A DNA stretch of 32,000 nt from Candidatus Saccharimonadota bacterium (lineage in GTDB: Bacteria > Pseudomonadota > Alphaproteobacteria > Rickettsiales > Anaplasmataceae), in contig NZ_CP046579.1 in assembly GCF_013365475.1 (NCBI RefSeq), positions 540,001 through 572,000 of the forward strand, in the 5' to 3' direction. This document shows, one piece after another, positions 1 through 8,645 of this stretch (position 1 is the first letter of the stretch; each line of letters starts with the position of its first letter). The notes below the pieces were generated by a model. That model searched no databases. It was not told the origin of the DNA and worked only from the letters and a program-made list of their open reading frames with translations. Position numbers and translations under genes: made by a program.

Positions 1-726
1 TTCAAATAGTACCATGACTATTAAAGAAATGTAAGGAATAACTTTTATTATTGAAAAACAATCTAAGCTTGATATAGTAACAATCTTTGTATTATCTGAA
101 GTTACTACCAGATAGGCTAGTGTTATAATGCTAGCAATAAATGCTACTTTATAGTTTATTTGAAGTTTATCCTTTATTGTAGCATCCTGTGATGAAACAG
201 ATGCAATAGTGGTATCAGATATCATTGATAAGTTGTCACCAAATACTGCACCACCAACTACAGTTGCAGCTCCTATCTCAAGATCAAAAGCTCCACTTTT
301 TGCTAAATTAACTGCGATTGGTACCATTAGCGCAACAACTCCCATGGATGTTCCGATTGCAGTTGAAATAAAAGCAGAGGTCAAAAATACTCCAGGCAAC
401 AATAACTTTGCTGGAAGAAAATTGAGAATCAAATTAGCAACAGTATCTGCACTACCAATTGATTGGCTAACAGAAGAGAACGCTCCAGAAAATAGGAAAA
501 TCAAACACATAGTAAGGGTATTTTTATCACCCATACCTTCAATGACAGTGTCAATGTTATGTTGAATTTTACCTGGTCTGCATGAGATGGCAAAAAATAG
601 TGCTGGCAATAAGCAAACTACGGGAGAAATCTGATGAAGTGGATTATCAGTTCCAGTGAAGAAGAAGTAGGTTCCGCTTCCAAGATGTAAGACTAAAAAA
701 ATAAGTAAAGGAATAAAAGCAATCAT
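1..726 (-). CDS. NhaC-family Na+/H+ antiporter, N-terminal part. The gene runs off the left edge of the window.
   Basis: The minus frame is open for all 242 codons from ATG at 726 to position 1; I checked the triplets and found no stop. The translation MIAFIPLLIFLVLHLGSG...VVGGAVFGDNLSMISDTTIAS is polytopic and hydrophobic, with the GDxxSxISDTT motif typical of NhaC-type antiporters. The listed + ORF 209-565 is its antisense shadow. Confidence 0.7.
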   Translation of the reverse strand, partial: MIAFIPLLIFLVLHLGSGTYFFFTGTDNPLHQISPVVCLLPALFFAISCRPGKIQHNIDTVIEGMGDKNTLTMCLIFLFSGAFSSVSQSIGSADTVANLILNFLPAKLLLPGVFLTSAFISTAIGTSMGVVALMVPIAVNLAKSGAFDLEIGAATVVGGAVFGDNLSMISDTTIASVSSQDATIKDKLQINYKVAFIASIITLAYLVVTSDNTKIVTISSLDCFSIIKVIPYISLIVMVLFE

Positions 727-859
727 TTTATTACAATTGAAAGTTCGAACTATAACTAATTAAATAATTTTAAGCAAGTCTGGTTTTACCAGATCTGTAG
801 AGAGTTGATAGTAAAGTTTTAAGCTTCATGCTTAATATATTTAACTAATAATACAGAAC

Positions 860-878
860 ATTCTATTGACAATAGAAT
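860..878. repeat. Perfect 19-bp palindrome ATTCTATTG-A-CAATAGAAT in the nhaC/rlu divergent intergenic region. Candidate operator.
   Basis: Read directly: 9-bp arms are exact reverse complements around a single central base. TTGACA lies at 866-871 (TTGTCA on the other strand). Confidence 0.5.
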
Positions 879-1121
879 CTTCCAGCGTCATGCTTGAATG
901 CAAATCTTTACTTCATTAAGTAGAAGAATATGAGATCAAAAAAGCTTTTTGCGAGTAAATGAGCTAATTCATTGAGATGAGAAGCAGCTTATTTATGTTA
1001 AATTTAACAAGATTTTATAAAATCTTAATTTTAATGTCCGCTACCTATGTAGTATCATGCAGTTGATATTGGGTCAATATCGATAATTGATGTTCTACTA
1101 GAAGTTTTTATAAATAACAAA

Positions 1122-2054
1122 ATGTCTCGAAGTACTAAAACTATACCGATAGAAGATGATAACGTTAGGCTAGATAAGTACATAAGAAGAATTTTCCCAG
1201 ACCTAAAGCAGTCTATGATTGAAAAATCTTTAAGGAGAAGACTGATCAAGGTTGACAATTATAAAGCAAAGTCAAGTGATAGAGTATACTCTGGGCAGGT
1301 CATAACAATAAAGTACTTTAATTATATAAAAAGGACTAATTTCAATACTAAACATAACCAAGAGTTAGTAAATATACTGAAAGACAACATATTATATGAA
1401 GATGAATATATACTGGCTATAAACAAACCTGTGGGAGTAATTATTCAGGGTAGTGTAAAGACAAAAATTAGTATTAGTGATTTACTTGATCAAATCAGAG
1501 AAGGAGAAACATTAAAAATTGTACATAGGTTAGATAAAGATACAAGTGGAGTAATGATATTTGCGCGTAATACTAATGTTGCAAGGTTTCTTATGGAAGA
1601 ATTTAAAGGACGAAGAATAAAAAAGATTTATTTAGCACTAACTTCTGGTATGCCTAGTATGGATAAAGGGACAATAGATCTTCCATTGGTAAAAAAGTAT
1701 ATTTCAGGCCAAGAAAAAATGGTTGTCGACAAAAATTCACCACAGAATGCTGTTACACACTTTTCAATTATAGCAAGACTAGGAAGGAATGTTGCTTATG
1801 TAAAATTACAACCAATTACTGGTAGGACTCATCAATTAAGAGCACATCTAGCTCATATAAATTGTCCTATTCTTGGTGATGGTAAATACGGTGGTAAAAG
1901 AGCTTTTGTTGATGGAGCAGTCAATAAAATTCACCTACATTCATATTCTTTGTCCTTAAAACTGCCAAGTAATAAAAAAATCACCATTACTGCCCTTTGC
2001 CCTGAACACTTTGAAAAGTCTATCAGAGCATTACATCATCCTTTTGAAGGATGA
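1122..2054 (+). CDS. RluA-family 23S rRNA pseudouridine synthase (RluC/RluD-like) with an N-terminal S4 domain.
   Basis: 310-aa ORF. S4-like N-terminus (VRLDKYIRRIFPDLKQSMIEKSLRRRLIKVDN) and catalytic motif HRLDKDTSGVMIFA. Confidence 0.85.
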   Translation: MSRSTKTIPIEDDNVRLDKYIRRIFPDLKQSMIEKSLRRRLIKVDNYKAKSSDRVYSGQVITIKYFNYIKRTNFNTKHNQELVNILKDNILYEDEYILAINKPVGVIIQGSVKTKISISDLLDQIREGETLKIVHRLDKDTSGVMIFARNTNVARFLMEEFKGRRIKKIYLALTSGMPSMDKGTIDLPLVKKYISGQEKMVVDKNSPQNAVTHFSIIARLGRNVAYVKLQPITGRTHQLRAHLAHINCPILGDGKYGGKRAFVDGAVNKIHLHSYSLSLKLPSNKKITITALCPEHFEKSIRALHHPFEG

Positions 2055-2167
2055 AAAAACATTTATCTAGATAGTGTAAAAGCAGAACATAGAAATATAT
2101 AATGAATATAACACAAATCAAGCATAGGGAGGAAATGAATCCCGTCCCGTTATAAAACATCATTAAC

Positions 2168-3160
2168 TCACCACAGTGAGTGGTTACTTGACTTGTAAAC
2201 GTCAATACACAATTCATCAATATCTGGTTCTTTACTATTTTTTGCAAAATCTTCAGATTTTTTCACTAAATCACGTATTTCATTATCAATTACTTTACAC
2301 CCTTCCTCTGAAACAATCTTACTATCTATCATATGTTTCCTTAAAGTGCTTATAGGATCGTAATTTTGTTTTATATTTTCAATTTTTTCTTTCGAGCGGT
2401 AAGTAGCAGGATCTGACATTGAATGGCCACGATATCGATACGTCTTCATTTCAAGCAAAATGGGCCCTTTACCGCTGCGTACATACTTAGCTGCTTCAGA
2501 TGTTACCTCATAAACAGAAAAGCAATCCATTCCGTCAACTTGCTTTCCAGGAATACCAAAACTCTCTCCTCTTCTATATAGATCAGTCACTAAAGTCGAT
2601 CTCTGCACAGAGGTCCCCATTGCATATCCGTTATTTTCTATAATATAAATTACAGGCAATTGCCACAAAGATGCCATATTAAAAGATTCATATACTTGTC
2701 CCTGGTTTGTAGCACCATCACCAAAATACGTAAACACTACGTTGTTTTCTTTCTTATACTTGTTAGCAAATGCTATTCCAGTACCAATCGGAACCTGTGC
2801 ACCAACTATTCCATGTCCACCAAAGAATTTTTTTTCAATATCAAATATATGCATTGACCCACCCTTGCCTTTTGAGCATCCTGTTTTTTTGCCTGTCAGT
2901 TCTGCCATCACAATATTCGGATCAGAACCACATGCAAGCATTAAGCCGTGGTCTCTATAACTTGTAATAAAAGCATCTCCGGGCTTTGATGCAGCATGAG
3001 TTCCAGTCACAACTGCTTCTTGCCCTATTGATAAGTGACAAAACCCGCCTATTAATCCCATCCCATATAATTGCCCTGCCTTCTCCTCAAATTTACGTAT
3101 TAGTAGCATTTTTCTATAGAACTCAATCACCTGGTCTTTAGTGAAACTTTCTGCTTTCAT
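2168..3160 (-). CDS. pdhA: Pyruvate dehydrogenase E1 component, alpha subunit.
   Basis: Contains the TPP motif GDGATNQGQ and the YRYRGHSMSDP loop. I start at the internal ATG at 3160 (MKAESFTKDQV..., 330 aa); the 50 extra upstream codons of the ORF would overlap hemJ and look non-native. Confidence 0.9.
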   Translation of the reverse strand: MKAESFTKDQVIEFYRKMLLIRKFEEKAGQLYGMGLIGGFCHLSIGQEAVVTGTHAASKPGDAFITSYRDHGLMLACGSDPNIVMAELTGKKTGCSKGKGGSMHIFDIEKKFFGGHGIVGAQVPIGTGIAFANKYKKENNVVFTYFGDGATNQGQVYESFNMASLWQLPVIYIIENNGYAMGTSVQRSTLVTDLYRRGESFGIPGKQVDGMDCFSVYEVTSEAAKYVRSGKGPILLEMKTYRYRGHSMSDPATYRSKEKIENIKQNYDPISTLRKHMIDSKIVSEEGCKVIDNEIRDLVKKSEDFAKNSKEPDIDELCIDVYKSSNHSLW

Positions 3161-3214
3161 ATCAATTTCTTTTTTATTAAACTTAGATGATATCAGAAAT
3201 TTTAACATTTTATA

Positions 3215-3646
3215 ATGGATTATTACCGATGGCTTGAGGCATTTCATGTTATTTCTGTCATTATGTGGATGGCAGGTATGCTTTACTTGCCTAGGCTTTA
3301 TGTCTATCACACAACTGTAAAGCTAGGTTCAGAGAGTGACAGCTTACTTCAAATAATGGAGAAAAGACTACTTAAATGTATTGTAAATCCTGCAATGCTT
3401 TCTTCACTAGTTTTTGGTGTTACACTTATGATTATAAGAGAGTCTTACCATGAAGGATGGTTTCATGTGAAAGTGTTAGCACTACTCTTTATGTTTACTA
3501 TTCATATATTACTCGCAAAACATAGAAAAAGTTTTGCAATGGGTTTAAACAAAAAAGCTCATGTTTATTTCCGTATCTTAAACGAGACAGTTACGATATT
3601 AATGATAATTATAATTATTACAGTTATCGTAAAACCTTTTCGGTGA
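3215..3646 (+). CDS. hemJ: Protoporphyrinogen IX oxidase HemJ (UPF0093/CopD-like membrane protein).
   Basis: 143-aa membrane protein. The N-terminus MDYYRWLEAFHVISVIMWMAGMLYLPRLYVYH matches the HemJ signature (WxxxLYLPRLFVYH). Confidence 0.8.
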   Translation: MDYYRWLEAFHVISVIMWMAGMLYLPRLYVYHTTVKLGSESDSLLQIMEKRLLKCIVNPAMLSSLVFGVTLMIIRESYHEGWFHVKVLALLFMFTIHILLAKHRKSFAMGLNKKAHVYFRILNETVTILMIIIIITVIVKPFR

Positions 3647-3679
3647 AACTTCATTCAGAAATGGTATTCGAGAGTTTTA

Positions 3680-3708
3680 TTGACACTTTTTAATGTTCGT
3701 AGTAAAAT
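3680..3708 (+). promoter_or_regulatory. Sigma-70-type promoter TTGACA-N17-TAAAAT upstream of the orphan ORF.
   Basis: TTGACA at 3680-3685, a 17-nt spacer and TAAAAT at 3703-3708, all counted directly. It lies 34 nt downstream of the hemJ stop. Confidence 0.45.
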
Positions 3709-3776
3709 TTATATATGTTCAATGGTTCAGAGTAAAAGCTTATGAGTGGTGAAGCTCAAGGTCCAAATATTGCAGA

Positions 3777-4244
3777 GTGGCAAGCTCAACAACAGCATCA
3801 AGAATATCAAGGGGGAAGAGTGGTTTCGGTCTCGGTCACAGTGACTCTATCGCAACGATTATGGATGGAATAAAGTGGCTATTCAGCTTTCACGAAGGAG
3901 CAATTTCTTCCTATAGTAACGTATTTGAAGGCTTAGTGAGCGGTAGTAGCCTAGTAACATTGTTAGGGAAGCAAGGTAATATGTTTGGCATAAAATGTCT
4001 TGAAGGTCTTGCAGAATATTTTTCACATGAAGACAGAAGTTGTGATGATATGGCTTCAGAAGGAATAGATATGAGCTGTAGTGATAAAAACCTTCATCTA
4101 GATGATTACCCAAATTTTAACAATGAAATAGCTCATAACATTGATGGCTTACATGACATACATGATTTAGGTAATCACTATGATAGTTTTTTTTCGCCAA
4201 GTCATTCACCTCATGTTAGTAATGACTACGTGCATGAGCTTTGA
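3777..4244 (+). CDS. Hypothetical acidic His/Asp-rich protein with no recognisable family. Start is uncertain: GTG 3777, ATG 3861, or ATG 3742 via a frameshift.
   Basis: It is the only long ORF between hemJ and dxr, and its composition looks protein-like rather than AT-driven. There are no predicted TM segments. The C-terminus is HNIDGLHDIHDLGNHYDSFFSPSHSPHVSNDYVHEL. A consensus promoter lies upstream. Confidence 0.45.
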   Translation: MASSTTASRISRGKSGFGLGHSDSIATIMDGIKWLFSFHEGAISSYSNVFEGLVSGSSLVTLLGKQGNMFGIKCLEGLAEYFSHEDRSCDDMASEGIDMSCSDKNLHLDDYPNFNNEIAHNIDGLHDIHDLGNHYDSFFSPSHSPHVSNDYVHEL

Positions 4245-4320
4245 TACCTGGAAATTATAAAATAACACTTGAGGAGTAATATTTTCCTTCAACTTATCTC
4301 AATTAACTGAGTTCATTCTA

Positions 4321-5490
4321 GTGAAAAAGGTTTCAATTTTAGGGTCAACTGGAAGTATTGGAAAAAAAACTGTAGATCTTCTTTTAAAAGAAAGAGAGAA
4401 ATATCAAGTAGAAGTACTTAGTACACATTCAAATTTTGCTCTACTAGCACACCAAGCAAGATCTCTGGGCGCAAAATATGTAGCTATTTCTGATAAGATG
4501 TTTTACATGAATTTAAAAGAAAGCTTACTTGGTACAGGTATTAAGGTAGAAGCTGGTACTGAAGGTTTAATAAATGTTGCTTCTTTACCCACTGATCTCT
4601 CAGTTGTTGCAATAACTGGCATTGCAGGTCTTGAGCCAGTTATGCATATAATAGAAAGTGGCACTAAAGTTATTGCACTAGCAAACAAAGAAAGTATTAT
4701 TTGTGGTGGAAAATTACTATTTAAGAAAGCTAAAGAAAAAAATGTACAGATAATTCCTATTGACTCTGAACACAATGCAATTTTTCAAGTTCTGCAAAAT
4801 GGAAATAAATACGTGGAAAAAATTATACTCACTGCTTCTGGTGGACCATTTTTAAATTATAGCTTTGAACAATTAAGAAATGTTATAGTAGACCAAGCAC
4901 TAAGTCATCCTATTTGGAATATGGGAAAGAAGATTTCAATTGATAGTGCAACGATGATGAATAAAACCCTAGAAATAATAGAAGCACATAGCTTATTTAA
5001 TATCAACCCTAATAAAGTTGAAGCAGTAGTGCACCCTGAATCGATAATACATGGAGTTGTAGTTTATCAAGATGGTTTCAATTTTGCTGTACTTGCAGAA
5101 GCTGATATGGCAGTTCCTATTTCATATGCTCTATCTTGGCCAGAAAGGTCAATTTCAGGCTATAAATTAGATTTAACCAAACAAAAAAAAATGACATTTC
5201 AAGAGCCTGATTACAAGCGTTTTCCTGCCCTAAAGCTTAGCATGGAAGTATTAAATTCCTCTCTGCCACACACAAATAGCATTGTGCTCAATGCTGCAAA
5301 TGAAGTAGCTGTAAATGAGTTTTTGAGGTCACGTATCAGTTTTTTGGGGATAGTAAAAGTAGTAGAATTGACAATAGAAAATTTTAATAATTATATCAAC
5401 ATTAATTCACTTCCTGATATAATAGATATTGACCGTGAAAGCCGTATCCTTGCTAAAGGAATTATCTCATCTAAAACTATTACGCCATAG
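4321..5490 (+). CDS. dxr: 1-deoxy-D-xylulose-5-phosphate reductoisomerase.
   Basis: GTG start giving MKKVSILGSTGSIGKKT (NADPH-binding GSTGSIG). Also contains PIDSEHNAIFQ and the typical Dxr C-terminal region. Confidence 0.93.
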   Translation: MKKVSILGSTGSIGKKTVDLLLKEREKYQVEVLSTHSNFALLAHQARSLGAKYVAISDKMFYMNLKESLLGTGIKVEAGTEGLINVASLPTDLSVVAITGIAGLEPVMHIIESGTKVIALANKESIICGGKLLFKKAKEKNVQIIPIDSEHNAIFQVLQNGNKYVEKIILTASGGPFLNYSFEQLRNVIVDQALSHPIWNMGKKISIDSATMMNKTLEIIEAHSLFNINPNKVEAVVHPESIIHGVVVYQDGFNFAVLAEADMAVPISYALSWPERSISGYKLDLTKQKKMTFQEPDYKRFPALKLSMEVLNSSLPHTNSIVLNAANEVAVNEFLRSRISFLGIVKVVELTIENFNNYININSLPDIIDIDRESRILAKGIISSKTITP

Positions 5491-5496
5491 TTAGAT

Positions 5497-6255
5497 TCAA
5501 TGATCTAAAATATATTCTTTTGTCAAAGAAGAGTTAGCATTTTCAAATACTTCTTGAACGTTTCCAGATTCAATAACCTTACCATTGTGGAAGAAAATTA
5601 CACTATCAGATAGCTTTTTAGCTTGCTTCATCGAATGAGTTACTATAATTATAGTAAATTTCAATTTCAATTCTTGTATAAGATTTTCAATTGCATTAGT
5701 TGCCATTGGATCAAGTGCAGAACATGGTTCATCCATTAGTAAAATGGTTGGTTTTACTGCAATTGCGCGTGCGATGCACAACCTTTGCTGTTGACCGCCA
5801 GATAGATCTAATGCACTATCCCGCAATCTATCTTTCAATTCTTTCCATAAACCAACCTTGATTAAACTATTTTCTACTATTTCATCTAATTTACCTTTAT
5901 TCTTTACTGTACCTTGCAACTTAGGCCCATAGGCAACATTATCATATATTGACTTTGGAAAAGGATTTGGCTTTTGAAATACCATGCCGACTTTTGCTCT
6001 GAGCAGCACAACATCCATATCGCGTGAGTATATATTACCAAGTCCATCAATAATCAACTCACCAATAACTTTGCATCCAGGTACATAATCATTCATACGG
6101 TTAAAACAACGTAAGAATGTTGATTTACCACACCCAGATGGACCAATAAAAGTAGTAACTTTTCTTTTCCGAATATCAAGGCTTATATCAAACAGAACCT
6201 GCTTAGAGCCATACCACAGGTCCAAACTCTTAATGGAAGCACGTATATCGCTCAT
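5497..6255 (-). CDS. pstB: Phosphate ABC transporter ATP-binding protein.
   Basis: Walker A GPSGCGKST, signature LSGGQQQR and Walker B LLMDEP. The PstB-type N-terminus reads LWYGSKQVLFDISLDI. Confidence 0.92.
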   Translation of the reverse strand: MSDIRASIKSLDLWYGSKQVLFDISLDIRKRKVTTFIGPSGCGKSTFLRCFNRMNDYVPGCKVIGELIIDGLGNIYSRDMDVVLLRAKVGMVFQKPNPFPKSIYDNVAYGPKLQGTVKNKGKLDEIVENSLIKVGLWKELKDRLRDSALDLSGGQQQRLCIARAIAVKPTILLMDEPCSALDPMATNAIENLIQELKLKFTIIIVTHSMKQAKKLSDSVIFFHNGKVIESGNVQEVFENANSSLTKEYILDH

Positions 6256-7046
6256 ATTACACTCTGCATCGAATAGAGCCCTGGAGCTTCTCTCTTGTTT
6301 TCATATAGCCATATTGCCGCTCGCACAGCACCTTTAGCAAATGCTGTTCGATCAATTGCTTTATGATTTATTTCTATCCGTTCATCAGAATTAACAAACA
6401 TTACACTATGATCTCCTATCACTCCACCTCCACGAGATACTGCGAAACCTATCTTACCTTTTCCTCTTACATTTGAACTATTAAGTAAATGTTGATTGAG
6501 TTGGAAGTCTCTTTTCGAAGCATTAGCAATTGCTCTTCCAAGTTCTATAGCTGTTCCAGATGGAGAATCTTTTTTAAACTTATGGTGCATTTCCCAAATT
6601 TCAGCGTCGTATTCACTATCTAAAAGACCAGCAGCTTTTTTTACCAATTTCAGTAATACATTAATTCCAACACTCATGTTTGCTGACCATAATATTGGAA
6701 CTTCAGCAGCATACTCTCTTAAAGAGATATCTTCTGCTCCGGTTGTTCCACTAACTAGTGGTGTTTTAAATTTTACAGCTGCTTTAAGACATGCTAACAT
6801 ACATTCTTTATTCGTGAAATCTATTATAACATCAGATAACTCAAACACATCACTAATAGAACTTGTAACCTGGATTCCTAAAGTAGAGCTGTGACCTATG
6901 ATTTGGCCAATATCTAAACCTATATATCTGCTGTTAAGTCTAGTAACAGCACCAACTATCTCTACTCTGGCATTTGTAATTAATTCGCTGAGTATCTTTT
7001 TCCCCATTCTTCCTAAGCAACCTATTACTCCAATTCTAATTTTCAT
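6252..7046 (-). CDS. dapB: 4-hydroxy-tetrahydrodipicolinate reductase.
   Basis: MKIRIGVIGCLGRMGK is the nucleotide-binding N-terminus, and EMHHKFKKDSPSGTA is a DapB motif. The ORF could alternatively start at 7067. Its stop overlaps the pstB start as ATGA at 6252-6255. Confidence 0.88.
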   Translation of the reverse strand: MKIRIGVIGCLGRMGKKILSELITNARVEIVGAVTRLNSRYIGLDIGQIIGHSSTLGIQVTSSISDVFELSDVIIDFTNKECMLACLKAAVKFKTPLVSGTTGAEDISLREYAAEVPILWSANMSVGINVLLKLVKKAAGLLDSEYDAEIWEMHHKFKKDSPSGTAIELGRAIANASKRDFQLNQHLLNSSNVRGKGKIGFAVSRGGGVIGDHSVMFVNSDERIEINHKAIDRTAFAKGAVRAAIWLYENKREAPGLYSMQSVI

Positions 7047-7637
7047 AAAGTTTTCTATATTGAACATTTCTTTTGAATTTTGCTACTATCGAGCTACAGC
7101 TAGATCTCTAATAATTTAAAACTAGTATTAATATTTTTTCATATAACACTCTTACTCTACTAAGATAAAATTTAGCCCATGGAAGGCATTTAAAGAAATA
7201 TAAACCATGAAGTAAAGCTATATCTTCTCTAGGATAGAAAGCAACAAAAATTAAGCAACACATTCCTTATTATTTTTACTCTACTTAAAAAAGCTAGACA
7301 TGTAAGCATATTTTACTTTACATCAAAAAAAAATTGCAAGAACATAAGAACATATGATAATCTTCTATTGCCCACATTGATTTAGCAAATAGACCTATTT
7401 CTTAAATATTCATAAAATATATGAGACTAATTACTAATACTTGAGTAAGTCCTTAAATTTATTAACTTCAATAGCTAATTTCGAGTTGTTAAATTTTCCA
7501 AAACGTCAGACGTATCTTGGTTTTACATAGTTAAGTATAACCATATCATATTAGAAAAACATAGATAAAATGGTAAGTGTAGAGCATTATCTTTACGAAG
7601 AATGAATATAGCAACCTGTAATAAGATTGTAGAAAAA

Positions 7638-8645
7638 TTAAATTTCAACACCAGTCATCTGCTGCAGTTCATGTTGAAAAACCATTTTATGATCTAGATC
7701 AGTTGCTTTACAGAAAATCTCCAAGCTTATTAACTTTTCTATCAATTTTTTAAGCTCTGAAAGCCGAAAAATTTTTAGATGACATTTAAAACTTTGCAGT
7801 TGCTTAAAGAACAACGGAGGAACTAGCTGGTTAATTGCGGCCTGTTCATTCATTCCTCCTTGTACTAGCAGTAGAACATTTTCAAGATGTAGGAAGTAGT
7901 TTAATGTAATACGAATTAGTGCTATTGGTGAAAAGTTTTCTTGTGATATTAATATATCAGAAATCTTGATAAATTGTCTCGTATTTTTATATACTATAGC
8001 AGAGTACAAGTTATCAAGTGTAACGTAATCATTATCAGAGGTAGGAAAACACAGTTTTACATCAGTAAGTTTAAGATCTTTTTTTTCTCCAAGGTATAAA
8101 ACCAACTTCTCAAGTTCAGAATATATAGGCAACTTACTATAATTAAAATAAGATTGCAAATGATAGATTATTTCATTTGTATACCATATACCATTTTGCT
8201 TCAAGTAATTTGATATCACATCACAAGAATCACTACTATTATTCTTATAGCAGGAAATTACACCAAAAATTTTTGAGCTTTCTGTATAACTTTTAGTTGT
8301 AGAATTATACGGAAGTTCATTTGCTATCATTACTATATAATTGCCATTTGTATTATTATCAAGCACATTTTTCAATCCTTTAGATATTCTCCCACTTACG
8401 TTTATCAGCTTAATCAACTTTTTATTAGTAAAAATCGAAATATTTACTAGCTCAGAAAACAGCAAACCAGGAAATTTATCTACTGTCACAAAGTCCATCA
8501 CCTGAACTGAATACTCACATAAACTAGCAATCACTTTTTTAGCAAAAAAATCTACTTTATCATTATCACTTCCATAAATTAATATACCCTTTAAAGCATC
8601 AGGTTTCTCTAAAAATTTTTCAATTTTGGATGGTGTAATCTTCAT
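7638..8645 (-). CDS. holA: DNA polymerase III delta subunit (probable).
   Basis: 335 aa. The N-terminus (LKGILIYGSDNDKV) and overall length resemble HolA. The sequence is weakly conserved, so this call rests on family resemblance only. Confidence 0.55.
   Translation of the reverse strand: MKITPSKIEKFLEKPDALKGILIYGSDNDKVDFFAKKVIASLCEYSVQVMDFVTVDKFPGLLFSELVNISIFTNKKLIKLINVSGRISKGLKNVLDNNTNGNYIVMIANELPYNSTTKSYTESSKIFGVISCYKNNSSDSCDVISNYLKQNGIWYTNEIIYHLQSYFNYSKLPIYSELEKLVLYLGEKKDLKLTDVKLCFPTSDNDYVTLDNLYSAIVYKNTRQFIKISDILISQENFSPIALIRITLNYFLHLENVLLLVQGGMNEQAAINQLVPPLFFKQLQSFKCHLKIFRLSELKKLIEKLISLEIFCKATDLDHKMVFQHELQQMTGVEI

Noticed and set aside
209-565. 118-aa + strand ORF listed in the track.
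   Set aside because: It is antisense to a fully open NhaC-type frame on the minus strand (1-726). Its sequence is low-complexity (A/P/T/I-rich) with no family resemblance.
1055-1258. Small minus-strand ORFs spanning gene boundaries: 1055-1258, 2023-2247, 3883-4113 and 11028-11210.
   Set aside because: Each overlaps a well-supported gene or its promoter on the opposite strand, and none resembles a known family.
2660-2967. Three overlapping + strand ORFs of 65-72 aa.
   Set aside because: They are shadow ORFs antisense to the well-supported pdhA. The same reasoning applies to 4503-4775 (inside dxr), 6496-7119 (dapB), 9407-9766 (znuB), 10140-10913 (ispE), 11809-13737 (addA), 18532-19053 (MFS), 21330-21527 (metC), 23404-23655 (ctaE), 25979-26167 (metK), 27965-28180 (gatB), 30307-30996 (dnaK) and 31737-31928 (rne).
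3742-3868. The locally GC-rich stretch might be a structured RNA gene (SRP RNA, tmRNA piece, RNase P or 6S RNA).
   Set aside because: I found no conserved signature: no GGAAGCAGCC-type SRP motif, no GAGGAAAGTCC RNase P motif, no tRNA-like T-arm with CCA end, and no tag ORF. The region reads well as coding sequence, so I treat it as part of the orphan gene.
7152-7285. Exact 10-mer TTACTCTACT repeated at 7152-7161 and 7276-7285 in the dapB-holA spacer, with a partial third copy near 27513.
   Set aside because: My rough estimate is that one exact 10-mer repeat within a 570-bp AT-rich spacer is about what chance predicts. The flanking sequence shows no extended similarity.
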